Positions 19,362-28,077 of a stretch of DNA of 64,000 bases are shown here, in pieces. The DNA lies in assembly GCA_963850395.1 (NCBI GenBank), contig CAWKKZ010000001.1:23559-87558 (forward strand), in the 5' to 3' direction. The notes under the pieces were generated by a model. That model was given only the letters and a program-made list of their open reading frames with translations, did not search any database and was not told the DNA's origin. Position 1 is the first letter of the stretch, and every line of letters starts with the position of its first letter. The position numbers and the translations under genes were made by a program. Source of the stretch: an uncultured Alphaproteobacteria bacterium (GTDB lineage: Bacteria > Pseudomonadota > Alphaproteobacteria > Sphingomonadales > Sphingomonadaceae).

Positions 19362-19423
19362 AGGGAATCGAACCCTCGTCGTAAGCTTGGGAAGCTTCTG
19401 CTCTGCCATTGAGCTACACCCGC
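19350..19423 (-). tRNA. tRNA-Gly(CCC)
   Basis: GCGGGTGTAGCTCAATGGCAGAGCAGAAGCTTCCCAAGCTTACGACGAGGGTTCGATTCCCTTCACCCGCTCCA: 74-nt cloverleaf with encoded CCA. Confidence 0.97.
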
Positions 19424-19513
19424 CCGGATGCGTTTCGGCATCGGGCCGCGCCCTTGCCACAAGCCGCCTGGCGAGGTCAACCACCGGCGCGGGAGTTTGG
19501 CGGCGTGGACCGG

Positions 19514-20857
19514 CTATTTCGGCCCGTACATCCTGGGATCGACCTCGGTCCTGGCAATCCCGAAATGGCCGCGCAGCCGGTTGAGCTGGGCGAGCATCCC
19601 GAATTCGGCCAGCAAGGTGCCGAACCGGGCGATTTCGCTGTCGACCGTCGAGCTGTAAACCGAGTTTTGGGCGTCGAGCAGATCGAGCAGCGAGCGGCGC
19701 CCGATCCCGAACTGGGCGCGGTAGGAATCGAGCACCAGCGCCGAGACCGCAAAGCGGGTTTGCTGCTCGGTAAATTTGGCGCGCCAGGTTTCCAGCGTGA
19801 CCCAGGCTTTGCGCACTTGCAGCTCGGTGTCGCGCTGCTGGGCGGCCAGGGCGAAGCGGGCCTGGTCTTCAAGGAAATCGGCTTGGCGGATCTTGGCGGC
19901 CGCAATTCCGCCGTCGAACAAAGGCCAGCGCATCGCGAACAGCAGTTCGTATTCGCGGGTTTCGCCGCGATAGCCCTGGAAGTCCTCACCCGCCCGGGCC
20001 GAGCCGCGCATGCTGACCGTCGGCCAGCGCTCTGAGCGGGTTCGTTTGGCGCTCCACCCGGCTGCCACCAGCTTGTCCTGGGTTGCCTGCAGTCGCTGAT
20101 CGTCAGCAGCGGCAGCGGCAATGGCCGCGTCAAGCGAGGCCGGCAACGAACTGCTTGGGCCGGCTGGCAGGCTCAGATCGAAATCATCGCTGCCGACCAG
20201 CAGCGCCAGTTCCGAACGCGCCGAAACCAGATCGCTCCGCGCCTGCGCAGCCTGCACCTTGGCGCTTTGCAGACGTTCCTCGGCCTGCTGCCGTTCGGCG
20301 ATGCTCATGGCGCCGCGCTTGACCCCTTCGGCAACATCGGCGGTCAGCTCCTGGTGGAACGCCAGATTGTCATCGGCAGCAGCCAGAATGCGCAGCTGAA
20401 CCATGGTCTGCAGATAGGCCCGCGTGACATTGAAGGCAGCGGTCTCCCCCGCCACCTGCTCATCGTGCCGACTGGCGGAAAGGTTGGCTTTCTGCGCCTT
20501 GGTCTCATTGCCGATCCGGCCAAAATCCCACAGCGCCTGATCGAGCGAGATCGTGCCATAAAGCGGCTTCTCGTTGACCGCCGAAAAGCCCAGGTTGATC
20601 CGGGCATCGTTTTCCAGGTGCCGCCAGCCGGTTGCGGCATCGACCGTCAGCTTGGGCAGCCACTCGCGCTTGACCTGATCCTTGACCGCCTCGGCCGCGC
20701 CGACCCGGGCCTGGGCATGTCCCAATTCGGGACTGCGTTTAAGCGCGATATACTGCGCCTGAGCCAGGGTCAGCGGCTCGGCAAAACCGGGCGTTGCAGC
20801 CACCGCCAATAGCGCCAGCGCACTCGCCGCCAGCCGGAATCTTCCATGTCGCCCCAT
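19514..20857 (-). CDS. TolC family outer membrane protein of a type I secretion system
   Basis: Signal peptide; QF.IGRRSLLDLLDAQ motif typical of LapE/AggA-type TolC; divergent from the adhesin. Confidence 0.92.
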   Translation of the reverse strand: MGRHGRFRLAASALALLAVAATPGFAEPLTLAQAQYIALKRSPELGHAQARVGAAEAVKDQVKREWLPKLTVDAATGWRHLENDARINLGFSAVNEKPLYGTISLDQALWDFGRIGNETKAQKANLSASRHDEQVAGETAAFNVTRAYLQTMVQLRILAAADDNLAFHQELTADVAEGVKRGAMSIAERQQAEERLQSAKVQAAQARSDLVSARSELALLVGSDDFDLSLPAGPSSSLPASLDAAIAAAAADDQRLQATQDKLVAAGWSAKRTRSERWPTVSMRGSARAGEDFQGYRGETREYELLFAMRWPLFDGGIAAAKIRQADFLEDQARFALAAQQRDTELQVRKAWVTLETWRAKFTEQQTRFAVSALVLDSYRAQFGIGRRSLLDLLDAQNSVYSSTVDSEIARFGTLLAEFGMLAQLNRLRGHFGIARTEVDPRMYGPK

Positions 20858-21301
20858 CACGTAACCTCCCGATTCGCATCGCTGCGCCGCCTGCTTGGTA
20901 CCGCGAAAAGCGCCGCAGCCCAAATGTTTGGATCGATTCGCCGGTTCAAGCGCTGGTTGGAATCACCCGCGATCGCCCTGCATCTCGATCGGGTTACCTA
21001 GCGCCACCCGGCGAATTGCCGCAATCCCGGCTTGATCAGCGCGGCAAAGCGGGCGTTTCGTCGAGTCTGCAAACGGCCTGTCGCAGTTGAGGTAAACCGA
21101 AAAGAACCTTTGCTTTCCCGGATTTGAATGGTAGCAAAATAGTTAACGAATCGAGGTCGCACTCACTGCCCTGCCCTGTTCGCCGTTCTGGCGAACGCGA
21201 TGCGCGGGAGGTGAGTCGGCGATCAAAGCCGGACAATCTGGATGCTTGGCGGCAAGTGCGCGGCGGGATGCCTGCGCGCTTGCGAGGGAGAGGAATGAGC
21301 G

Positions 21302-24300
21302 ATGGCTGAAATTCTGAATGCTGATGTCGTCCTGGCAACCACATTGTCCGTCAATCCCTACACGTTTCAACGCAACTACGATGAAGACGCAGCACTCGAA
21401 ACGCTGTTCATTCAGCAGCTGGGGGTCGGCAGTTCGCTTACCTCGGGCACGGGATCCTACATTCCGTTCCTCAACCAGAACTCTAACGATGCTTCATCGC
21501 AGGGCTTCAACACCAGCGACGGCCTTGCCAAGGCTCCTGGCAATGGCGCCGGCCTCGATATGTCGAATACCGGGGCGACCACCGCGATCCAGCTCAAGGA
21601 TATTCCGATCGTCATCGGGCCGGATGGGCAGCGGTACTACGAGATTCGGCTGGACCTCAACGAGGAGAACAATAGCGGCACTGATGCTTCCGGCGCGCCT
21701 AATCGACTGCTCAGTTTGACGGAGTTCCAGCTTTATTGGTCCGATGGTCAGGCGACCCTTGCCGACTATAACGCCGTGACTTTCGAAAACCGTGCATTTG
21801 ACGCAGTCGATGGTTTCCACCTTGGCTTCGACCTTGACGCCAATGACGATCGCACCATCGTGCTGCGCGATTCAAACCCCGGCGGCGGCAAGGACGACTA
21901 TGTATTCTATATCCCGATCGATTCGTTCGCGGGCGCTCTCCCGACTTCCAATGTCACCTTGTTCTCCCAGTTCGGCCCCAATCCGGACGAGGGCGCGACG
22001 CCAGAGGAATGGCGAATCCGCACCACTTCGCAGATCGACGGCTTCAAGTTCAACGATCTCGACAGCGATGGACAGGCCGACGCGGGCGAAACCGGCGCAG
22101 GAGTATTCGGCGTATCCGGCATCACGATCAAAATCTATCAGGACCAGTACATCGATACCAATGGCAACGGCTTTCAAGATGCCGCGTCGGGCAATGGCGC
22201 CAACGCGGTGCCTGCTGAAACCGGAAACGGCGTGTTCGATGCTACCGACGATCTCATCGGAACGGTTACGACCGACACCAATGGCAATTTCACCTTTTAC
22301 AACCTGCTGCCGGGTACCTATTTCATCCAGGAAGTCGTGCCACCCGGCGCCGTGTCGACAACCGACGATTTGATAACGATAACGATAACGTCATCGGGGC
22401 AAGATATTGCCGGTATAGGCATCGGCAACCACTACCTCACCCCCAACATCAGCATCGACAAGAACTTCGTCAACGTCACCGATGGACCCGATCCCTCGGG
22501 CGGGACCACGGTCATCAACGGCGCTGGCGATATTGCCAATTACACCATTGCCGTGACCAACAACGGCGAGACCGGACTGGTCAATGTCCAGCTGACCGAT
22601 ATCCTGGCGACTACGCTGACCGAACAAGTTGACGGCGGGGGCTTCAACGTCGGCGATCTCAATGACGACGATGTGCTCGATATCGGCGAAATCTGGCAAT
22701 GGACCGCGACCCAGACCGCGACCCAGGCCGACCTCGACACCAACGGCGGCACCAACGACAGCGATCTTGACAATTCCGCCACCGTAGTCGCGACCCAGCA
22801 GGGGGTTCCGGGGACGCAGGTTACCGACACCGATCCCGCCGCGGCGCCGATTGTCCGGGCACCTGCCATTGCGATCACCAAGGTCTTCGATGGCTGGTCG
22901 GGCGGCGACGGCGACAACCTTGGCGATGCTGCGGGTGATGTCGCAAACTATACCATCGTGGTCACCAATACCGGCAATGTCACACTGACCAATGTCGTTG
23001 TCACCGATCCGTTGACCGGCAACGTTTACAATGTCGGAATTCTGGCACCCGGTGCGTCGAGCGCACCGCTCATCGAAAACTACATTTTGACACAGGCCGA
23101 TCTCAACTCGAACGGTACGCTCGAGGTAAATAACGTCTTCGTGGGTTCGATCGACAACACCGCGACCGCGACCAGCAACCAGACTGGTCCGGCTTCGGCC
23201 AGCGCGGTCGCGCCGATTGTTCAGACCCCGGTGCTGCTGATCGACAAGACCGGGACCACCGACGGTGGCGATCCGGACTGCGCCGATGTGATCGGCGAGA
23301 ACATCAACTGGACGGTCAGCGTCAGCCGTGCCGGCAATGTTGATATCGACGGCGTGGTGGTGACCGACGACATCGACGGCGACGGCGATCTCGACGTTCT
23401 GGTCCGCGATGACACGCTGAGCAGCGGCGACGACGATGGCGTGCTCGAAGCGGGCGAGACCTGGGTCTACACCTTTGCCAACCCGGTGACCGCGGGCATG
23501 ATCAATGCCAACCAGGACATCGTCAACACCGCCTATGCCAATGGCGAAGCGGTCAACTCAAGCACTGCCGCACAGGAAGTCAGCGACAGCGCTTCGGTCG
23601 ATATCTGCCAGTACCCGGTGCTGCTGATCGACAAGACCGGGACCACCGACGGTGGCGATCCGGACTGCGCCGATGTGATCGGCGAGAACATCAACTGGAC
23701 GGTCAGCGTCAGCCGTGCCGGCAATGTTGATATCGACGGCGTGGTGGTGACCGACGACATCGACGGCGACGGCGATCTCGACGTTCTGGTCCGCGATGAC
23801 ACGCTGAGCAGCGGCGACGACGATGGCGTGCTCGAAGCGGGCGAGACCTGGGTCTACACCTTTGCCAACCCGGTGACCGCGGGCATGATCAATGCCAACC
23901 AGGACATCGTCAACACCGCCTATGCCAATGGCGAAGCGGTCAACTCAAGCACTGCCGCACAGGAAGTCAGCGACAGCGCTTCGGTCGATATCTGCCAGTA
24001 CCCGGTGCTGCTGATCGACAAGACCGGGACCACCGACGGTGGCGATCCGGACTGCGCCGATGTGATCGGCGAGAACATCAACTGGACGGTCAGCGTCAGC
24101 CGTGCCGGCAATGTTGATATCGACGGCGTGGTGGTGACCGACGACATCGACGGCGACGGCGATCTCGACGTTCTGGTCCGCGATGACACGCTGAGCAGCG
24201 GCGACGACGATGGTGTGCTCGAAGCGGGCGAGACCTGGGTCTACACCTTTGCCAACCCGGTGACCGCGGGCATGATCAATGCCAACCAGGACATCGTCAA

Positions 24301-27300
24301 CACCGCCTATGCCAATGGCGAAGCGGTCAACTCAAGCACTGCCGCACAGGAAGTCAGCGACAGCGCTTCGGTCGATATCTGCCAGTACCCGGTGCTGCTG
24401 ATCGACAAGACCGGGACCACCGACGGTGGCGATCCGGACTGCGCCGATGTGATCGGCGAGAACATCAACTGGACGGTCAGCGTCAGCCGTGCCGGCAATG
24501 TTGATATCGACGGCGTGGTGGTGACCGACGACATCGACGGCGACGGCGATCTCGACGTTCTGGTCCGCGATGACACGCTGAGCAGCGGCGACGACGATGG
24601 TGTGCTCGAAGCGGGCGAGACCTGGGTCTACACCTTTGCCAACCCGGTGACCGCGGGCATGATCAATGCCAACCAGGACATCGTCAACACCGCCTATGCC
24701 AATGGCGAAGCGGTCAACTCAAGCACTGCCGCACAGGAAGTCAGCGACAGCGCTTCGGTCGATATCTGCCAGTACCCGGTGCTGCTGATCGACAAGACCG
24801 GGACCACCGACGGTGGCGATCCGGACTGCGCCGATGTGATCGGCGAGAACATCAACTGGACGGTCAGCGTCAGCCGTGCCGGCAATGTTGATATCGACGG
24901 CGTGGTGGTGACCGACGACATCGACGGCGACGGCGATCTCGACGTTCTGGTCCGCGATGACACGCTGAGCAGCGGCGACGACGATGGCGTGCTCGAAGCG
25001 GGCGAGACCTGGGTCTACACCTTTGCCAACCCGGTGACCGCGGGCATGATCAATGCCAACCAGGACATCGTCAACACCGCCTATGCCAATGGCGAAGCGG
25101 TCAACTCAAGCACTGCCGCACAGGAAGTCAGCGACAGCGCTTCGGTCGATATCTGCCAGTACCCGGTGCTGCTGATCGACAAGACCGGGACCACCGACGG
25201 TGGCGATCCGGACTGCGCCGATGTGATCGGCGAGAACATCAACTGGACGGTCAGCGTCAGCCGTGCCGGCAATGTTGATATCGACGGCGTGGTGGTGACC
25301 GACGACATCGACGGCGACGGCGATCTCGACGTTCTGGTCCGCGATGACACGCTGAGCAGCGGCGACGACGATGGTGTGCTCGAAGCGGGCGAGACCTGGG
25401 TCTACACCTTTGCCAACCCGGTGACCGCGGGCATGATCAATGCCAACCAGGACATCGTCAACACCGCCTATGCCAATGGCGAAGCGGTCAACTCAAGCAC
25501 TGCCGCACAGGAAGTCAGCGACAGCGCTTCGGTCGATATCTGCCAGTACCCGGTGCTGCTGATCGACAAGACCGGGACCACCGACGGTGGCGATCCGGAC
25601 TGCGCCGATGTGATCGGCGAGAACATCAACTGGACGGTCAGCGTCAGCCGTGCCGGCAATGTTGATATCGACGGCGTGGTGGTGACCGACGACATCGACG
25701 GCGACGGCGATCTCGACGTTCTGGTCCGCGATGACACGCTGAGCAGCGGCGACGACGATGGTGTGCTCGAAGCGGGCGAGACCTGGGTCTACACCTTTGC
25801 CAACCCGGTGACCGCGGGCATGATCAATGCCAACCAGGACATCGTCAACACCGCCTATGCCAATGGCGAAGCGGTCAACTCAAGCACTGCCGCACAGGAA
25901 GTCAGCGACAGCGCTTCGGTCGATATCTGCCAGCTTCCCGAAATCACGATCGTCAAGACCGCTTTCGTCAACAGCGACTGCGCCGATAGGGCGCTTGAGG
26001 AGATCGATTACACCATCAAGGTGACCAACACCGGCAATGTCAGCCTTACCCAGCTTACTGTCACAGACGATTTCGCCAATGCCGTCCCGCTCTATATCTC
26101 GGGCGACCACGATGCCGACGATCTGGATGGCGACGGCGATCTTGTTGAAGGCAACGGCGTTTTCGATGTCGGCGAGACTTGGGAGTTCGGCGCCTATCAC
26201 GTCGTCACCCAGGCCGAGATCGACGCCGGTGGCAATTATGACAGCAACAACGACGGCAAATACGATTCGCTGCGCAATGTCGCCTCCGCAATCGGCTACA
26301 CGGTCAACAACGTAGCCACCGAGCTGGTCCAGGACGACGCGGTGGTCAAAGTTTGCCACGATCCCGAGATCAAGATCGTCAAGGTTGGCACCCCGCCTGA
26401 CGATTGCCTCGATGCCGGTGACACGATTTCCTACACCTACACCGTCACCAACACTGGTAATGTCGCGCTCGCCAATGTGGTCGTCGATGACGACAAGGTG
26501 ACGGTTGTGGCTGTCGATACCGACGGCGATGCCATCGCCGACAACGACGGCGACATCGACGGGGACGGGCTGCTCGATCTCGATGAAGCCTGGATCTATA
26601 CCGCCCAATACACCGTCACCCAGGAAGATATGGACACCTATGGCGGCACCGGCGACGACAAGATCGAGAACCGGGTCACTGCCAATGCAGTGGCGGCGGT
26701 TTCGGGCGTGATCGCGGAAGAAGCGTTTGACACGGAAGAGCTCCTGCTCTGCCACGAATACGCGATCGACCTGGAAAAGTACGTCTCAGTCGATTCGACC
26801 GATGGCGTCAACGGCACTTTCACCGATGCCGACTCCCTCACTGGCCTGCAGGTGGTCAATGTCCTGTCCGACGTCTGGTTCCAGGTAACCCTGACCAACG
26901 GAGGCAATACCCAGCTGACCGGGATCGACATCAAGGATGTCAATACCAGCAACGGCCAGGCCGGTATCCTGTTCGACCTGATGGTTGACGGCGCGCTGAC
27001 CGCCAATGCGGCCAACAACTTCGCCGCGACGCTGGATGGCGATCTCGACAACGATGGCAACCTTGATGTCGATGAGACTTGGACGATCACCTACAAGCAG
27101 GCGTTCGATGCGGGTCAGCACATCAACACCGCCACCGTGACGACCAACGAACTGGTGACCGACAAGGACGATGCCTATTACTACAGCCTGACCGATTGCG
27201 GCCCGGGCGTGGGTACACCAGGGTTCTGGAAGAACCTGGGCTATCAGTTCTGGGACGTAAACCCGAACAACCAGACCAAATCGGGCGACAACTTCCCCGA

Positions 27301-27943
27301 TCACGATCTGCTGGTGGTCGATAAGGACATGGACGGCGACTACCAGGTCGGGGCCGTGGGCAGCACCGACGCCTATCTGACGGTCAACGGGGTCAAGGGC
27401 CTGCTGCTCGGCGATTACAACATGAACGGGCTCACCGATGCAGGCGAGAACACGCTGTTCATCAGCGTCACCGACGGCAGGAAGCTGATCGACGCCTCGC
27501 AGAAGCAGCAGCAGGACGGCAAGTGGATGCTCGGGCGCGACATGGTCGCCAGCTGGCTCAACTACCTCGCCGGCAATGCGATCGACTTTGGTGACAATAC
27601 CACCGCAGGCTTCAACGATCCGTTCAGCCCGAAGGCCTACCTCAACGATGCGATCGAGTGGCTGAAGGAATACGGCGATCTCAACGACGACGGAATCCTC
27701 GATTCGACTACCGGCTCGACTTTCGTTGCGAAGGCCAATGCGATCTCGACCAGCAGTGTCAAGTGGAGCAACGCAGCTCTGGATGGCGTCGCCGGCAACA
27801 ATTTCTCCGCCAGCCAGGCGCACACCGCGCTCGATTACTACAACAACACCGGCGATGTCTGGAACCCGGTTACGATGCAGTACGTCGAGTTTGCCTGCGA
27901 CCGCGACGACTTCATGCAGATGCAGGCAGTCAGCTTGGTCTGA
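21302..27943 (+). CDS. Large repetitive T1SS adhesin (2213 aa): N-terminal domain, SdrD-B-like domain, about 12 DUF11/DUF7507-type Ig repeats, GTPGFWKN C-terminal domain
   Basis: No signal peptide; acidic, D/G/T/V-rich; FNDLDSDG...TTDTNGNFTFYNLLPGTY (SdrD-B-like); repeated (I/L)xK...YT..V.N.GNV....V.D...NTA units; flanked by TolC, ABC and HlyD genes. Confidence 0.9.
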   Translation: MAEILNADVVLATTLSVNPYTFQRNYDEDAALETLFIQQLGVGSSLTSGTGSYIPFLNQNSNDASSQGFNTSDGLAKAPGNGAGLDMSNTGATTAIQLKDIPIVIGPDGQRYYEIRLDLNEENNSGTDASGAPNRLLSLTEFQLYWSDGQATLADYNAVTFENRAFDAVDGFHLGFDLDANDDRTIVLRDSNPGGGKDDYVFYIPIDSFAGALPTSNVTLFSQFGPNPDEGATPEEWRIRTTSQIDGFKFNDLDSDGQADAGETGAGVFGVSGITIKIYQDQYIDTNGNGFQDAASGNGANAVPAETGNGVFDATDDLIGTVTTDTNGNFTFYNLLPGTYFIQEVVPPGAVSTTDDLITITITSSGQDIAGIGIGNHYLTPNISIDKNFVNVTDGPDPSGGTTVINGAGDIANYTIAVTNNGETGLVNVQLTDILATTLTEQVDGGGFNVGDLNDDDVLDIGEIWQWTATQTATQADLDTNGGTNDSDLDNSATVVATQQGVPGTQVTDTDPAAAPIVRAPAIAITKVFDGWSGGDGDNLGDAAGDVANYTIVVTNTGNVTLTNVVVTDPLTGNVYNVGILAPGASSAPLIENYILTQADLNSNGTLEVNNVFVGSIDNTATATSNQTGPASASAVAPIVQTPVLLIDKTGTTDGGDPDCADVIGENINWTVSVSRAGNVDIDGVVVTDDIDGDGDLDVLVRDDTLSSGDDDGVLEAGETWVYTFANPVTAGMINANQDIVNTAYANGEAVNSSTAAQEVSDSASVDICQYPVLLIDKTGTTDGGDPDCADVIGENINWTVSVSRAGNVDIDGVVVTDDIDGDGDLDVLVRDDTLSSGDDDGVLEAGETWVYTFANPVTAGMINANQDIVNTAYANGEAVNSSTAAQEVSDSASVDICQYPVLLIDKTGTTDGGDPDCADVIGENINWTVSVSRAGNVDIDGVVVTDDIDGDGDLDVLVRDDTLSSGDDDGVLEAGETWVYTFANPVTAGMINANQDIVNTAYANGEAVNSSTAAQEVSDSASVDICQYPVLLIDKTGTTDGGDPDCADVIGENINWTVSVSRAGNVDIDGVVVTDDIDGDGDLDVLVRDDTLSSGDDDGVLEAGETWVYTFANPVTAGMINANQDIVNTAYANGEAVNSSTAAQEVSDSASVDICQYPVLLIDKTGTTDGGDPDCADVIGENINWTVSVSRAGNVDIDGVVVTDDIDGDGDLDVLVRDDTLSSGDDDGVLEAGETWVYTFANPVTAGMINANQDIVNTAYANGEAVNSSTAAQEVSDSASVDICQYPVLLIDKTGTTDGGDPDCADVIGENINWTVSVSRAGNVDIDGVVVTDDIDGDGDLDVLVRDDTLSSGDDDGVLEAGETWVYTFANPVTAGMINANQDIVNTAYANGEAVNSSTAAQEVSDSASVDICQYPVLLIDKTGTTDGGDPDCADVIGENINWTVSVSRAGNVDIDGVVVTDDIDGDGDLDVLVRDDTLSSGDDDGVLEAGETWVYTFANPVTAGMINANQDIVNTAYANGEAVNSSTAAQEVSDSASVDICQLPEITIVKTAFVNSDCADRALEEIDYTIKVTNTGNVSLTQLTVTDDFANAVPLYISGDHDADDLDGDGDLVEGNGVFDVGETWEFGAYHVVTQAEIDAGGNYDSNNDGKYDSLRNVASAIGYTVNNVATELVQDDAVVKVCHDPEIKIVKVGTPPDDCLDAGDTISYTYTVTNTGNVALANVVVDDDKVTVVAVDTDGDAIADNDGDIDGDGLLDLDEAWIYTAQYTVTQEDMDTYGGTGDDKIENRVTANAVAAVSGVIAEEAFDTEELLLCHEYAIDLEKYVSVDSTDGVNGTFTDADSLTGLQVVNVLSDVWFQVTLTNGGNTQLTGIDIKDVNTSNGQAGILFDLMVDGALTANAANNFAATLDGDLDNDGNLDVDETWTITYKQAFDAGQHINTATVTTNELVTDKDDAYYYSLTDCGPGVGTPGFWKNLGYQFWDVNPNNQTKSGDNFPDHDLLVVDKDMDGDYQVGAVGSTDAYLTVNGVKGLLLGDYNMNGLTDAGENTLFISVTDGRKLIDASQKQQQDGKWMLGRDMVASWLNYLAGNAIDFGDNTTAGFNDPFSPKAYLNDAIEWLKEYGDLNDDGILDSTTGSTFVAKANAISTSSVKWSNAALDGVAGNNFSASQAHTALDYYNNTGDVWNPVTMQYVEFACDRDDFMQMQAVSLV
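23228..25933 (+). repeat. Intragenic tandem array: 7 x 387 bp (129 aa)
   Basis: Unit PVLLIDKTG...SASVDICQ(Y); by eye the copies differ only at one synonymous site (GGC/GGT). Confidence 0.97.
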
Positions 27944-27967
27944 GCCCGACCGTCCGAAATACCCCTG

Positions 27968-27999
27968 CGGGCGCGCCACACCGGCGCGCCCGTTTTGTT
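27968..27999 (+). terminator. Rho-independent terminator after the adhesin
   Basis: CGGGCGCGCC-ACACC-GGCGCGCCCG followed by TTTTGTTT. Confidence 0.85.
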
Positions 28000-28077
28000 T
28001 CGGGGCGCCGGCACAAGGTTAAGAGCATTGACTGCGCGGGCGCTAAGGGATTGAGATAGCGCGCCACAACGTGAGGA

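Noticed and set aside
15642-19423. Intact integrative element at tRNA-Gly
   Set aside because: No integrase, and I found no duplicated tRNA-Gly 3' end in the window
23221-25737. Seven repeated antisense ORFs (64-89 aa) and a possible CRISPR-like array
   Set aside because: They are the reverse-strand shadow of the 387-bp coding repeats; there are no unique spacers and no cas genes
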